Shown: positions 35,563 to 49,792, numbered from the stretch's first letter. The stretch: 64,000 nt of DNA from Curvularia clavata (GCA_023920165.1 CP089279.1:2170001-2234000), one strand, 5' to 3'. The notes: generated from the sequence alone by a model not told the origin. Translations and numbers: made by a program.

Positions 35563-37579
35563 TTAGTGCCTCCTGGAGCCACCACGTCCCCTGAAAACAC
35601 CACGACCCAGGCTTGATCTGGCGCTGTTCCGGGTCCCACGCAGTCTGTCAAGCACCTCGCGAGTCCGGGTACCGAAACAACGCTCATCCTCTGTGTTTGT
35701 GTTGGCAGGCTGTGCGGTAGCAGGGTGCACATCGCCCCTGTGTACGTCTGAGTAGGCTGGAATCATGCTCGGAACCTCGGGTGCGGTCTGTTGATAGTAT
35801 GGTGGTCCTGGGTACGCAGGCATCATACTGAACGATGGGCCTTGTTGTTGAACAGGCATCTGCGAGAATGTGCCATTCTGTTGGTGTGGGAACAAGTTGT
35901 AGCCGACATTCTGCTGCTGCATCTCGAAACCGGCTGTCGGGTTATAGTTATAGTTGCCCCATCCCACGTTATAGTTGTAGTCCTGCCTCCAATCTGGGGG
36001 AGCGCTGGGTCCAAAGTAGTTGGCGGCGATGCGAGGGTCAACGCTGGAACTGTATGGTGCGCCTGAAGGTACGCGGCCAAGAGGCTCGCAGAACCACCAA
36101 TCTATGACCTGGCTGTTCTGCTCTTGCCGCCCGTCCGTCATGCCGTAGATGTGGGAGTGAGTGGGGTTATCAGCGGAGTTTCTCATCGGGAGCAATGCAG
36201 ATGGATCCATGTTGACGTGGGCTCCAGCGAGGTTATGTGTGTTGCCTTGAATTGAAGACCCGCCTGGATAAGGGAGACGCGTGTCAACGTTGGGGATATG
36301 AGTATCCTCCTGGGCTGAATATCTGCCTGGATAAGGAATACGCCTGTTGATGCTGGGAATATATATGTCACCCTGGCTAGAAGAACCGGTCTGGTTGGGG
36401 ATACGCGTGTGAATGCTGGGGATATTTGTGTCGCCCTCGATTGAAGATCTCGCTGGATAAGGGACGCGCGTGCGGATGCTGTTGATAGGTGCATGGAAGC
36501 CATCGGCAGGTGCGTGGATACCATCATCGGGCGCCCGGAAACCATTGACACGCGCATAGAGGTTATTGACAGGCGCAGAGGGCCTATCGATAGGCACAAG
36601 CGGGCTATTGATAGGCGCAGACGGGGTATTGATAGGCGCAGACGGGCTATTGACAGGTGCAGACAGGCCATATTCAGGCGTATGGGGGCCATGGACAGGT
36701 ACATCGAGGCCATAGACAGGCACATCGAGGCTACGGACAGGCGCATAGAGGCCGTTGGCAGGTGTATGGGGGCGATGAACAGGCACATCATGTTGAGGAT
36801 GCTCGGGGCCGAAGATCTCAGAGGTAGCACCGTTGGCGTGGGTGCGACCGCCCATGACCTCACTGAGCTCGCCGTTCAGGTCTCTGGGAGTGAAGTCGGC
36901 TCGGTAGAGTGAATCGTCTTCACTATCTGGTCCTGAGGCGGGAGGGTCGGCGTTGGTCGCAGGCTGCTCGGTGTTGTCTTCTGCGGGCGAGTTCGCTCCA
37001 CCTCTCAGACAAACGCGCAATGGCGGTGCCTGTAAGTAGTTGTCCTGCGTACAAATGCCTGAATGACGGGAGTTAGTTTATGAGAGTCCGTACCATCTGT
37101 CCAGCAGCTAACAACCCCCGAAACAGGGTCAGGCTTGCAGAGGAGTGCAACATACCTCGAAAGTTGTTCTGATGGTATGCTTGTAGATGGAGGCTTGCAT
37201 CCAAGACAAATGGCGCCTGATGAGGGACTGTCGAGCCACTATCAAAGACCACATATCCGCCTGCGTTGGAAGCTGCAGATATCGCGGGAGACGCGAACGC
37301 CTGGTCTGAATATGCGGTCTGAGCGTATCCGTCGCCTTGATTCGCCAGTGGCAGGAATGTGTAAGGACACATGCTCACTGGATAGTCTAGCGGCGCAGCC
37401 AGGTACCCACCCAAGCTTGGCCTGTCCACGAAGCTTCGACCACGAGTAGGAGTAGCATCTGATTCAGGACACATACCAAAAGGCATGAGATGTGCATCTT
37501 CTGCTTCATGTGTGGGCTGAGTCTGTTCTGGGAGTCTGGGGTGGTCTCCCGCCCATGGAGACATCGAATGCGATCGCAT
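35563..37579 (-). CDS. Hypothetical low-complexity protein with 7-aa and 21-aa tandem repeats (intron 37059-37155; probable 5'-UTR intron ~37592-37660)
   Basis: GTATGT..ACTAAC..CAG intron joins the 168-aa and 485-aa ORFs in frame; repeats (APINSPS)n and (DTNIPSIHTRIPYPGRSSIQG)-like units. Confidence 0.65.
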
Positions 37580-38307
37580 CGCCGCAGACGCCTAGTTCAA
37601 ACGGGATTGTCTGACGATAGTTTTAGCTATATTCATAAGCAACAGGAGATAGAAACATACCTTAGTGTGCTGGTTGTGTTGACGGTGGAAAGTGAGGTTG
37701 CAGTGACGTGGTTGGTTTGCGGCCGTTGGACTACGCTGCCTCGACTAAGTCTCCCCGTAGACAGGTGACTAAGTGTAGGAGATATGAGTGCGTTTGCCAC
37801 CCGTGCGTGTCTTGCTGGCGTAATGGATGAGTCGGTGAGTGGCTTCGGCTGCCGTGTCTGCCGCAATGTCGAGTCTTTTCTGATTGACCCGAAGTAGCGG
37901 TAGATGCTTAGTAGGATGACTAGGGGACTGTCTGAAGTGAAGGGCTTCTGGCGGTGGACAGGCGAGGACGAAGCCGCACTGACTCTGTGCAAACATCCGG
38001 GGCTAGCCACAGACTGTTGTCCAGAGTCACCCTTCAAACAGACAGACCCAAGCTCTTTTTCACAATGCAAATATGGGACCCGCTCCGCCTCCGACTTCTC
38101 ACAAACTCCTCCGTATAACCGTTCACGAACCGTCATTTTAGCGACTGCAAGTAGTAGACCGATAGCGATAACAAGAGGAATGGCTGTAGTTGGTATACGA
38201 GACAGACATGAAGAATGGTCTGGCAAGTAAGGCGAAATGATGTACTATTGCCAGGCAATGCTAACAGTAACAACCAGAGATGAACTGCGCCTGCTTCTGT
38301 CCAGCAC

Positions 38308-39159
38308 TCAAGGAGGTACCTCCTTCCCGTCCCAGTCCCAACACCTCCCTCGCCCTTCGATCCCCACTTCCTTGATGACATCGAGAAGTCGTTTGGCCAC
38401 CCAGTCGCGCTCAAACAACTTGTCCTTCTTGACATTACCCCAGAACTCCTTGCTCAGATCAGTTCTGACTGTGCCTGGATGCAAGGCCACTGCCATGGCG
38501 TTATCACCAGAAGCAGTGCGAAGGTGGTTATCAAACGTTTTCACTGTTTGATTAACGCCTGCCTTGGACGCGCGGTAACTATACCAACCCCCAAGGCGGT
38601 TGTCGCCAATACTGCCAACGCGAGCCGACATAACAGCCATGGTGGCTATCTCTGGTAGGCCCTCCATACCATCTTGATCTCTGCCAATGGCGTGAGACTT
38701 TCTGGGCAGGAATGGCGAGAAGTGTTTGAGCATCAACATCGGACCCAGAGTATTGGTTCGAAAAGTCAACAACGCGTCATCCGCGTTGATTTGGGTAGGC
38801 GATTTCTCTGGAAAGAGAATCCCAGGAACCACCAGGGCAAGTTGAAGCCTACTTGAGCCGTCGCTGAACTGCCCTTTGCAGGCCGCGGCCGCGTCTGCTA
38901 TGCTCTGCTCGTCTTCCTTGTGTTAATCGGTGTCTAGCCTGCTATATATTCACAGCCCCTACATACCTAGAACATCGAGCTTTAGCACGCTCAGCCTATT
39001 CTCATCCACATTCAGACCATCAAGGAGGTCTTCCTTGGTCTTGTCGGGGTCCTTCCGCGCCGTCGCAATCACTGGCGCACTCGTCGTCTGCAAGACTTGT
39101 CTCGCCAGTGCGAAACCAATACCTCGCGAGGCTGGCGATACGAGCGACCACGGTGGCAT
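38308..39159 (-). CDS. Short-chain dehydrogenase/reductase, C-factor (CsgA)-like (1 intron)
   Basis: PASRGIG, SARVGSIGDNRLGGWYSYRASKA (YxxxK), LHPGTVRTD. Confidence 0.9.
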
Positions 39160-39827
39160 TTTTGCTTGTCAAATATACAAAAGGCAGAATCGAGCATGCT
39201 GAGGACACTGTTTTCATGCTTACAGGGGTTCGCGAGAGGTCGTCTCGCCCAGACGCGATCTATGATGCCATATTCGGCTTGTCGATCGGCTAGCCCGATC
39301 CAAATAAGCCTGCATGTTCCTCTCCCAGCTCGGTACCACAATTGCTCACTTGGGAAATTTTGCCTTCTCAAAAAGGACTAGAGTATCTTTTCTTCTTTTT
39401 GTGGTTGTATTTCACAATGTCATTTTTTGCACTGTGAATTACAAACAATTCGGTCGCTCATTGTGCGAAGGTGTAGTGCCAAAGTGTTTTTCATTTGCCC
39501 TTGTGGACTACAGCAGATAGGCTATCGACATCTGAATTAGATAGGACTTTTGCAACAAGGTTCCCAGAATGCAGTTCTCCTCATCCGTGGTATCGGCGGT
39601 CCTTTCCATGACCTCGTACACTCCGCCTTGCAGTCACTTTCACGATGTTGCTATTTCATATCAAGGCCTATGGCAACAAGAAGCTGTCGCAAAGTATATT
39701 TGACTGCCGATGGAGCTTCAGGGCCCATTTTAAGCTATGATCAAGCTGAGTCGGTCATTAGGGGCTCGGTACAACCGCCTAGACTTGCTACGTAGAATCA
39801 TGCGGAGTTGGATTTGGGTCGGGTACT

Positions 39828-41639
39828 CTAAAGTACATATCTGAAATCCTTATTTTCAAATTCTGTCTGATCCAACATGCCGGCCTCGTCACTAGCCTCG
39901 CGATTAGGCGGCCCGTAAACTCTGTCACGGCGCCTGTTACTGAAAAGCATATAACCCAAGAGAGCAAGATGACATCCAAATTTGATGCTGTAGCCGACCA
40001 ACAGCCCGATCGTAGCGCCTTCGTACCTCGGTGCTTCTTTTGGATCTACGACGAAAGGGCCTGTAATTCGAATTAGCTCGATAAAGAATACGATAGCGAG
40101 AGGCGCTACAAAACACGTACCTGCAAAATTTCCCCAGCAATATGCAGTGAACACCAAGGCACTTGCCAGAGAACGGTGAGTGTACCCAGCCATGTTCGAT
40201 GACAACGTAGTCAAAGACACTGTGAAACCGACCGACTGTGAGTTCACTAACCAAAAACTGACGAGTCGACCCCAGGTATTCGATCGTGGGAGATAGGCCA
40301 TACATGCTGCAGAAACGGTGCAAAGGATGTTGGCCGCGGTCGCCGTCAGCAATCTCGCTGAGAAAATCCAGTCAGCAAGCTTGTATTGGTTCGAGATGAC
40401 ATGCACAACTTACAGTTGGGAACATTCAGAATGATTGAACCCCCGATAATCAGCGAGACAATCTGTACTGCGTCTCCCACTGACTTGAGCTGGGTGGTTT
40501 TCGTTGTTGAGAATCCCATATCACGGATGATGATTGTCGAGAAAGAGTTGACGACGCCGTTGGGAATTGCGCTGCAGGCTATTGTTAGCAACATGACATA
40601 TAACATATGCAAAAAGAAATACGTACGCGGCAAATACGCTAATGAACAGGAGAATTGTTTTCGGGTCGAAGAAGCCAACGAAAATCTGCCCCTTGTCGAA
40701 ATGCTTGTTCTTGATGCCGGTCTGGTTGCCTGCGACGCGCTTCACAGCAAGAAGGCGTTCACGCTTGTTTAGAAAGTGGGCGTTCGACGGAGAATCCGCC
40801 ATAAGGAACCAGATTACGACAGCCCACAAACAGGTAACTCCACCCAGTATGTAAAAGATCAACTCCCATCTCTCTGGGCTCATGTCTACAGGGAGTTCAG
40901 ATATACCCATGGAGATGTAGGAACCGATGATGCCTCCCCATCCAAGTGAAGAGTACCAGATGCACTGGCGCAGAGGGATCTCCTTCCTGGTATACCAAAA
41001 CCCAGTCATCAACGTGAGACCAGGTGTGACTGCGGCCTCGAATAGCCCCATGATGAAGCGGACGACCAAAGCGCTAGCGTAAGTTCTAGCTTGTGTCATG
41101 ATAATAACCGTGAATCCCCAGAGGAGGATGTTGATAGCTAGAACTTTCTGCGCGGGAAAACGTCCGATGAGCCATCCGCACGGGTATTGACCGAAAAAGT
41201 AACCAGCATAGACCACTGCAGGATGTCGTCAGTTTGGGGTCATACAGCGTTTCACCAGCGTTACATACTTGCAGAAAGATAGTTGAACTCTCTCCCTTTC
41301 AAGCCCAAAGCCTTCTGGTAGCCGAACAAGTTGGCGTAGTTTAGCGACGTCTTATCCATAAACTGCAGAGCCTGCGTGATGAGAAACATCGGTAGGATGA
41401 TCAAATCGATCTTCCACCTCAGCCTGCGCATCTAGATTGAGAAGTGAGTCATTCTGTTGGTTAATTGTAAATTTTGTGGGCATTACCTCCTTGTCTGAAG
41501 CTTCAATGTTGGCAACTTCCAGAAATTCTTTGTACCCTACCGCATTCTCCATCTGCGCGGCCTGTATCACCCGGGCTTTCTGGCCATTGTTGGTATCGTC
41601 CACGAGCTCGACTTCGGGTTTTTGAGTATCCTTGTCCAT
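39828..41639 (-). CDS. MFS transporter, allantoate permease (Dal5/ACS) family, multi-intron
   Basis: LQFMDKTSLNYA, RFIMGLFEAAVTPG, WYTRKEIPLR, SNMAGYTHR, DQTEFENKDFRYVL. Confidence 0.9.
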
Positions 41640-42134
41640 GAAGAAGTTGGATCTAGTGATCAAATACGGAAACGGGCGAGGAGGTTGAAGCTAGATAATG
41701 GTGCGCCTTGATAAAGATGGTCAGGAGTACTGAGCGCGAACCCTCCCGAGATAAGGAATCCAGTTGGTGATCGACAGGATGCGGCCATTTATCCCCATAC
41801 TTGATGCATATGCAGCTGTGCGCACTAGTCGGGCTTGTGTCGGTTTCGGTACAGCGGTGTCGAGTGGAAAGGTTTCCCACGGGGTTTGGCCGCGGGGTTT
41901 CGCCTAACGGCATGGTTGGCCCGTTAACATTAGTCAGGCTACTCCTAAGGGTGATAGTCGCTGAATAAATGCGGATAACACAAATGCACTTGGCAAATAT
42001 GGACTACTGCTTTATTTTGAATCCCTCTAGAATCTTAGCTATCGTCTCTGCCTAAAGTTTTTTCCGTGCTTGCGATAGAGAGATACACGAACCGCTACAC
42101 TTCATTCATACCAGCCACCTTAAACCCATACACC

Positions 42135-43167
42135 ATGGGACAATGGATATCTTCCCAGAAAACTAAATCAAGGCTTAGTTCTTCAGTTGACTCGGCAGAG
42201 CCCAAGGATGCATACCTCGCAAAGCCGAGTGGGCAGTGCTGCCTTAAAGGCACAATCCATAAAGGCGAATCGCGTGGAAGATGGGAAACAATTGCAGAGG
42301 TTGAGACTTACATATCGACACCACGCGATGGAAAGGGAAACGGGAACGTACTTCTATATTTCCCTGATGTATGGGGAATGTTTCCTAATGGTTTGTTGGT
42401 AATGGATGCGTTTGCAGACGCTGGTTACATTGTTCTAGGACTGGACTATTTCCGAGGTGTAAGAATGTCCCATCACCTTCGATAAGTTAAGTGAGACTGC
42501 TGAGTGCTGACCATCAACCTGGTAGGATCCTGTGTGGAAGCACCGTAAGAACCGCCATGACAATACTGATCCCACCTTCGACTACGAGGCCTGGAAGCGG
42601 AAACACACAGCTTTTGCCGACGTCGCGGTGCCAAAATGGGTTGCGGCAGTCACCTCGCGGTACAAGAGACAGAACGCGCGAACAAAGTTTGCTTGCGTCG
42701 GTTACTGTTTTGGCGCACCATACGTATGCGACGAGTTGGCCAAGGACAATGTGACTGTGGGCGCTTTCGCTCATCCGGCTTTCCTCAAGGAGCATCACTT
42801 TCGCAATATAGCGAGTAAGCTTCATGAGCTTGAATGATTTCAATGTAGTGTGGTACTGATAGCTGTTCCGTCTAGAGCCTCTATTCCTTTCTTGCTCCGA
42901 AATCGATCACACATTTGATGTGTCCAGCAGGCGACGTGCCTTAGACATTCTTCAGGAAGGGAAGAAGACATACCATTACCAGCTGTTCTCCGGAGTTGAG
43001 CATGGCTTTGCTTTGCGGGGTAATCCAGACGACCCATATCAACGTAAGTGCATTGTCACGTCACAATGAGAGCGTCTCTAATTACGAATGTGATTTTAGG
43101 CTGGGTGAAGGAGCAGAGTCTTTCGGAGATTGTGAAATGGTTTGACTATTGGTTAGCACAGTCATGA
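42135..43167 (+). CDS. Dienelactone hydrolase family protein (3 introns)
   Basis: CCLKG, YFPDVWG, GYCFGA nucleophile, AHP, SEIDHTF, HGFALRG. Confidence 0.9.
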
Positions 43168-43830
43168 AGCAGGTGCCCAATGTGCTTTCTTTGACACATG
43201 TAATACATTTGATAGAATTCGTGTTTGTTGGACTGCTCCAAAATCTATATCTTTGACGCTTACACTTGGCAGAGCGGGGGTGGCCTTCTCTTTCTTTTTA
43301 GCGACATTGAAGTGCCAAGCGCTACATGAGAACCAGAGGTAAAAATGAAAAGGAAGGGAATAAGTATTTTCCAGTAGAAGAATGAGAAAGCAATACGATA
43401 CAGAAACTTTCCACACACAAAACTCGCAATTATGCACTCGATACCCAAAAATCTGCTATGTTGCGACGGCAATTGATCTTTCTGCGATATCATCCCTACA
43501 TCAACATAAATCAGCAGCTTGTTTTCTATTGGTCCGGTGTCTAACAATGTTGCCGATTAGCAGCTTCAATAGCTGGTGTCGTAGTGGGGCATCAGTAGTG
43601 TCGGCAAGATCCCGAGGAATGTACCCGGCACTCATCACTCGGCCGATGACAGTCATTGGGAAGAGAAACAGGCAAAAGAACACTGGAGTGAATACTTAAC
43701 ATATATGAACAATAGCATTTTCCATTATTTGCGCTCTTTTAAGCCACGACTAACACTGATTCAACTCCTGAACCCAGCATAAAGACAAAAGCGATTACAC
43801 ATATACGCAAACAACTTACACTAGGTCACC

Positions 43831-45029
43831 ATGGCTCCTCCCAGGGCACTAGATTTTACTGGCGATGTTGCAATCGTAACGGGTGCGTTTCACAAGGTCC
43901 GAATAAAGACATTGAACTATTGTGCTAACACAAAGCAGGCGGCGGTTCACGGATGGACGGTTAGCGTCATTCATATCTCATCTCCAACATAGTACTAAGT
44001 TTAGTGTAGGCGAGATTGGCAACGGCCGAGCAACTGCCATTCTTCTCGCTCGTCATGGCGCTAAGGTGGCTCTACTTGATTTCAACGTCGACTGGGCCAA
44101 GGAGACGAAGCGAATGATTGACGAAGAAGGCGGCATCTCAGAAGTCATTCAAACGGACGTTACAAAAGAGGAGTCTTGCAAGGCTGCCGTGAAAAAAACA
44201 GTTGAGCTCTTCGGTGCAGTTCATATATTAGTCAACATCGGTAAGCATGTCCTTGTTCTGGCTTGGCTTGTCACAATGCTAATCTCAGTAGTGGGAGTTG
44301 GAGGCGCCATGGGTGATGCGACGGTAGTGAATCTCGAAGCTTGGGAACGAGACTTCCGTATCAACGTTACCAGCATGGTTCTCATGAGTCGCTATGCAAT
44401 TCCAGAAATGCGTAAGCAAGGTCGCGGATCTATAGTCAATATGTCTTCCGTCAGTGGCCGTAAGTTTATACCTCACCACCGGGTTATGACCATCTTCGGA
44501 ACGCTACTGACGGGCAATGGCTACTAGTACTGGGCGGAAATCCAAGTCTTCTATATCCCACTACCAAAGGAGCAATCATCCAAATGACACGGGCAATGGC
44601 CGCGCAACATGGGCGGGAAAATATTCGTGTAAACTGTGTCTGCCCGGGTATGGTTTACACGCCAATGACACGCGGTCGTGGCATGACGGACGAGATGCGA
44701 GAAGCTCGGATTAACCAGAACTTGATGAAGAAGGAGGGTACTGGATGGGATGTAGGATATGGTATTACTTCCTGCACTTGCATTCTCTTATTACTCCAAA
44801 TAGACCTCACTAACTCTTGTATACAGCAATCTTATTCCTTTCGAGTAAGGAGGCCGGCTGGATAACAGGGCTGATCATGCCTGTCGATGGTGGTGTAAGT
44901 CTCACAAAATCATGATTGGAAACAAACATCGAAATCTGACGTTGTGCACAGACAACTGCAGGAAAAGCCGACCGCCCGGCTTTGAAGGGTGATACGTTAG
45001 CAGAAGTTACAACTGGCATAAAGAACTAG
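43831..45029 (+). CDS. Short-chain dehydrogenase/reductase, multi-intron (21-nt micro-exon 43939-43959)
   Basis: Spliced AIVTGGGSRMDGEIGNGRA, YPTTKGA, IRVNCVCPG, VDGG. Confidence 0.88.
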
Positions 45030-45266
45030 ACCGATTTGGATCAAGGCGATTTGCAAATACGATCAGGATTGATCAAGTATATTCGAGACCGCCATCATGC
45101 TAAGTAGTAATAGACTTCCATCTTCAGCACAATATATTGACTGTCTATTTTCTCTACAACTAGCTCCTGAGGGACTTTTCCCCGGAAACGGTATTGCAGG
45201 AAGACGTGATTGGGGCAATTGGGTTTCGCCGCGTATTCATACTTTACGCCGACTCATACAGGCGTA

Positions 45267-47810
45267 TCAAAGGGGACATACGATTTCTCCACCATCTAGC
45301 CACATCTCAGGGAAACAATCCAATGAAGCGATTGGATTCATACTATAGTCTCCGGAATGTGGATTTATATTGTAATCGAAAGATATGTTTGGGTCCAGAT
45401 AGGGAAAAGCAGGAATGTAGGAGTTGCTGTGTCCCCCACTAGCATCTGTTGCTGTCATTGAGCTATGCTCAGTGTGACTATCTGTACCACTGGATAGCCG
45501 ATGGTGCTGAATTGATGATGCACGGTTGAGACTCCTGGCAATGATATTCAGACTTCGCTCCAACAATGGACAGCGACGCATTCCTGTGTTGAGAGCACGG
45601 AGAAAGGTTCGGAGCACTGGATGTGCGACACCCTGATTGCTGCTTTTGGCATCTTCGAGCACGGCAGATGCTCCCGTATAGATACAGTAGCCCATCAGGT
45701 ACGTGATGTTGTCTAGTCCAAATGTCGACTCAAGAAGTATAACAAGCTTCTCCATATCTCGTGCAGCCGCTATGCATGCTTCGTAGTATGCTGGAACTGA
45801 CCAGAATGGGCGATTTGCTAGGATTACTGTGGTGTGATACAAAAGGCTGACAACAAAGTTAGTTGACTCTGGTTGAGGATTACGCGTTACATATGGCGGT
45901 TGATATTAAATTCACTCACTTTTGAGATATAATATGTGGTGGTGGGCTGATGGAAGGCAAAGAGTCCGCTTCATAACGAAGGTGTCCTGGAGATTCCGCT
46001 CGCCAAATGTTTAACCTGCCCTTGATATCTTGCACCGCTGATTCTGTGATTGCTCGGCTCTTTCGAGAGTAGAGCTGGAATATTATGTCGTTTATTATGA
46101 TTGATAACTTGCATGAGTTTGCGAAACAAGACACGGCGTGACTCGGCTGTGGTGAATATTGACTCTGCGTGATTTTGGCGAAACTGGCCGAATCTCCATA
46201 GTAAGGTGCCCACATCTCCAACTCCATTGAGTCGTCCACTTTAAGAATTAGACAGGTATCCAGGCAATATGATCAGTACTTAACTCACATTGGTCAAGGG
46301 TACTGTAAGGTAAAACTTCCGTGATGGCAGGTAACCGTCCAGCATAAAGGCTTGTTGCTCTTCGGAGGGTTATCAGCTATTACTAGGTGTCACCTTGGTT
46401 TCAGATACTCACTTGTCCCAAAAGTAGCAACTCCAAAACAACCTCTTTCGAATTTCCTGGTCCACAGGGCCGAGACCCCTAATATCCGGACTATGGTGCT
46501 GTAATCCTAGGTCGCTTGCCATTCGAAACGCAATACCACTATACACCCATGCTTGAGAGATGGAGCCATTGGCAAGTTCGCGAGCACTCAGTTGTAGTAG
46601 CGCTTGAACTGTCGGGATGGAACTTGGCTGTTGGATGGCAGCTCCAAGTAGGCGACTTACGCGTGATAACAGGAACTCTGCGCAACTACCGTCTTGGTAT
46701 TTGGCTGCATGTGCGCAAATGACGGTAAGAAGGAATTCAGAATAGTAGCGGCCTCCGGTTGCCATATCGCCTACCAACCATTAGAAACGACATACAGTGC
46801 CGACGCATGATGAGAGAATGAAAGTCAGTACTTACGGATGAACGCTATAATCTTAGTGGTTAGTCATTATCATTCGTTACGAGAACAAAAGCTTCTGAGT
46901 TGATTGCTAACGTACCTGGACGATACACGTACATGAACATTGGAGACACCCAGGTCCAATGCATGTTCAAAAGTTTGGCCATTATCTGGCGTGGGATCCC
47001 TGTCTGCAACGACGCATTTCCCAAGGCAAAGTCTTCCCATATTGTTGATTCTTGGGCATGAGCCATAATTGCAGATTGTATTTCAGTTCTTGAGGGAATT
47101 CGTGGCGCTGTAGAGGAAACATGAGATAAAGGAGAGTCCAGTTGAAGCTGAGGTGGATCATGCACTGCGGAGGTAGGTCCATAGTACTGTATGTCGCCAT
47201 TTTCATCGACACTCAGATCTGGAGGCAGATTCTCCTTCGAAGCAGTATGGTACGCAATCGTTCTTTCGGGAGTCTGACCATTTGTTTGTAAAGTGGGAGC
47301 TTCGTGGGCCGAAGAGGCATTATGAAGGGACATAGCGTCGGCCGCGGAAGGAGAAGAGAAAGACACAATTGTTGGCGCGTTTCGTGGAGTAGTAGCTGTT
47401 TGAGGAGATGGCGAAGCACGATTCTGGGTGTCCTCATATGGGGAAGTATTAAGTTGTGCTTGCAGATTTGCGATCGTTTCCTCAGCTTCTTGCAGGCGCT
47501 TCGCCATAGCCACAACCTTCGTCATAGAGGGTATCTTGTCATATCGACATGTATCTCCATATATTTCGCAAGTTTTACATGTTGGCTGGCCGCCGCCGCA
47601 TCGCAGCTGTGGAGCCCGTTAGCCTTCTTGAGAGCATTGACAAGGTAAGTCATCTGGCCATAGACAGTCACCTACCTTTCGGGCCCTGCAGTTTGTGCAT
47701 GTCAACCCTCTGGGGGTACGATTATCTTTCGTTGGTCGAGAAGCCTTCTTTCTAGTTTGTTGGCTTTGGTCTGTTTCTCGGGCCGTTGCTGCATCTTCAG
47801 ACGAGTTCAT
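45267..47810 (-). CDS. Zn(II)2Cys6 transcription factor with fungal_trans domain, multi-intron
   Basis: CTNCRARK|LRCGGGQPTCKTCEIYGDTC; YYGPTS; AWVYSGIAFRMASDLGL; RKRLFWSCYFWDK. Confidence 0.9.
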
Positions 47811-48382
47811 TGTATGTGTAGGGAAAGTTGTGTGCTAGAGTTGACAGCGACAAAGCTAGCACCCAGAGACTGGATACAAGCTTTACCCGCCTGTCCAGTA
47901 GTATCGATGTCGGAGCCATTATCCGGGAAGACGAGCAGGTTGGGGCAAAATGTGGGGAAACCACTAGGGGATCTCGCCCAAGCTTTGTCACGTGATAGGT
48001 GTTTTGCGGGGAGTCGAGCTAGTTCATCTCATAGCAATCAATGTCCCATGACCCAATTGTGATTGGCAAGACGAATAGTTTCATCGCTGCAGTACTGGGG
48101 GTAAGCACATTAGACATAACATGCAGACTGACATGAGCAACCTTCAAATTTCACAACCAGCATCAGATAACTGCCTTCTACAAGATTATGGCATCGAAAA
48201 AAGAGTTCTCAACAGCATCACCCATTTCCAAGTAACCCTGTGGCAAAGGAATTATTGATTAGCTGTCCATTTTAGGACGCACTATCCGAGCAACTACAGA
48301 ATAGATTTTCTCGGTAAAACTCCGCGGCCAAATCCCGAAACCCCATCCCCATCACTGCCGATCGGCATGCAAGTCGGCAGGA

Positions 48383-49792
48383 CTACGACCTGTACGAACG
48401 AGCCAGCTTCCCCACATCTGTCGTGTTGGCAATTCCGGAGAATGCTCGATAAGCTTTCTGCGCTCGGTCCTCTCCAATCATCTTAGCAACTTGCTCGAGG
48501 AACTTGGTTTTGAGGAAGTCATCGCTTAACGGATTCTCATAGCTGCCAATTGCATGCTCGACATGTAGTTCGATGTTTTTTCCACTTCCAAACTCGACTG
48601 TGACGAAAGCTTCATGCTCTTCAACAGACTCATCGCTCGTCACTGATACCTTCTCTCTGAGCGCGATGACCGTTTGGTTGCGTACTTTGTCGTCGGTGAA
48701 CTGTGTTGGTGTGGCTTCCCCGTCAAGCAGCGCTACGGCCGCGGCATGATAGACACTGAATTTGCCCTCTAGTCCTGTCTTTGGCGTTTTGTTATCTGTC
48801 AAGAACAATACCCGCGGCGCCGTACGAGCGGTTACGTTAGTGATATCTTTGAGGTCTAGACCTTGGTCGAGGGCCTGCTTCCGCACTTGGATCCATCCAT
48901 CAATAGCTGGATGGATGATGCGATCACATGGGAACGGCTTGAAAGTGTTCAGAGACATCTCCCAGAATTTACCTAGAGTATCCACCTCTGCTGTTAGGTT
49001 TTCGCGTGTGCTAACCACATGAGCCCAACCTCTAGGGGCCTCGAGGCCTTTCAGAGAGCCGCTAAATCCTTTTTGAGCCAGAATGACAGCCATCAAGCCA
49101 TTCTGTGCCGCACGACCAACATGGAAGGGCTTTGTGTCTGTACCAAATGATTCGTGCATACCGGTGACCTGAACAGAAGCAATAGAGATGGCTTGCTCGA
49201 GTTGCGAAGAGTTTAGGCCAACGAGCTTGCCCACTGCAACGGCAGCGCCGACCGACCCGACTGTACTTGTGATGTCTAGATCTAACAGTCAATCTCTTTG
49301 CTTTCAATCACTACTTGGCGTTTGGAAATTTCACTTACGCCATCCGACGTTGTAGTGCTCCGGAAATACCGAAACACCGAGTTTACACTCCGCCTCCACT
49401 CCAGCAACAAACGCAGTAATAAAATCCCGTCCCGACACAGGGGCTTTCCACTCCGCAACAGCCAGCAAAGCAGACAAAACGGGGCCTGAGGGGTGAATAG
49501 GATTGTCCCGGTGTGTGTCGTCGTAGTCGTCCGCATGAGACGCAATTCCGTTTATGAGCGCTGCTGTTTGTGCGTCAACCAGCTGGTCGGTGCCCAGAAT
49601 GGTTGAATTGCCGTGGGATCCCAGAAACGGAGCCACAGCCTCATATGCGATGCCAGCCGATGGCTGAGCATATCCGCCAATGGCGCAACCTGCCCAGTTG
49701 TACACGCTCTTGACTGAGAGGCTGAGGATAGGATCGGGGATCTGGCTGAACTGGAGGGCTAGTGCCCAGGTGGCCATGGCTTTGGTGGCCAT
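48383..49792 (-). CDS. MmgE/PrpD family protein (IDS epimerase / cis-aconitate decarboxylase-like branch; 1 intron)
   Basis: AALINGIASHADDYDDTH, HPSGPV, GW|HITSTVG, TKPFHVGRAA, KPFPC, GKFS. Confidence 0.9.

Noticed and set aside
48383..49792. PrpD-family gene as the third methylcitrate-cycle gene
   Set aside because: It is 36 kb from the MICL/MCS pair, has no mitochondrial presequence, and its motifs fit the non-Pdh1 MmgE/PrpD branch.
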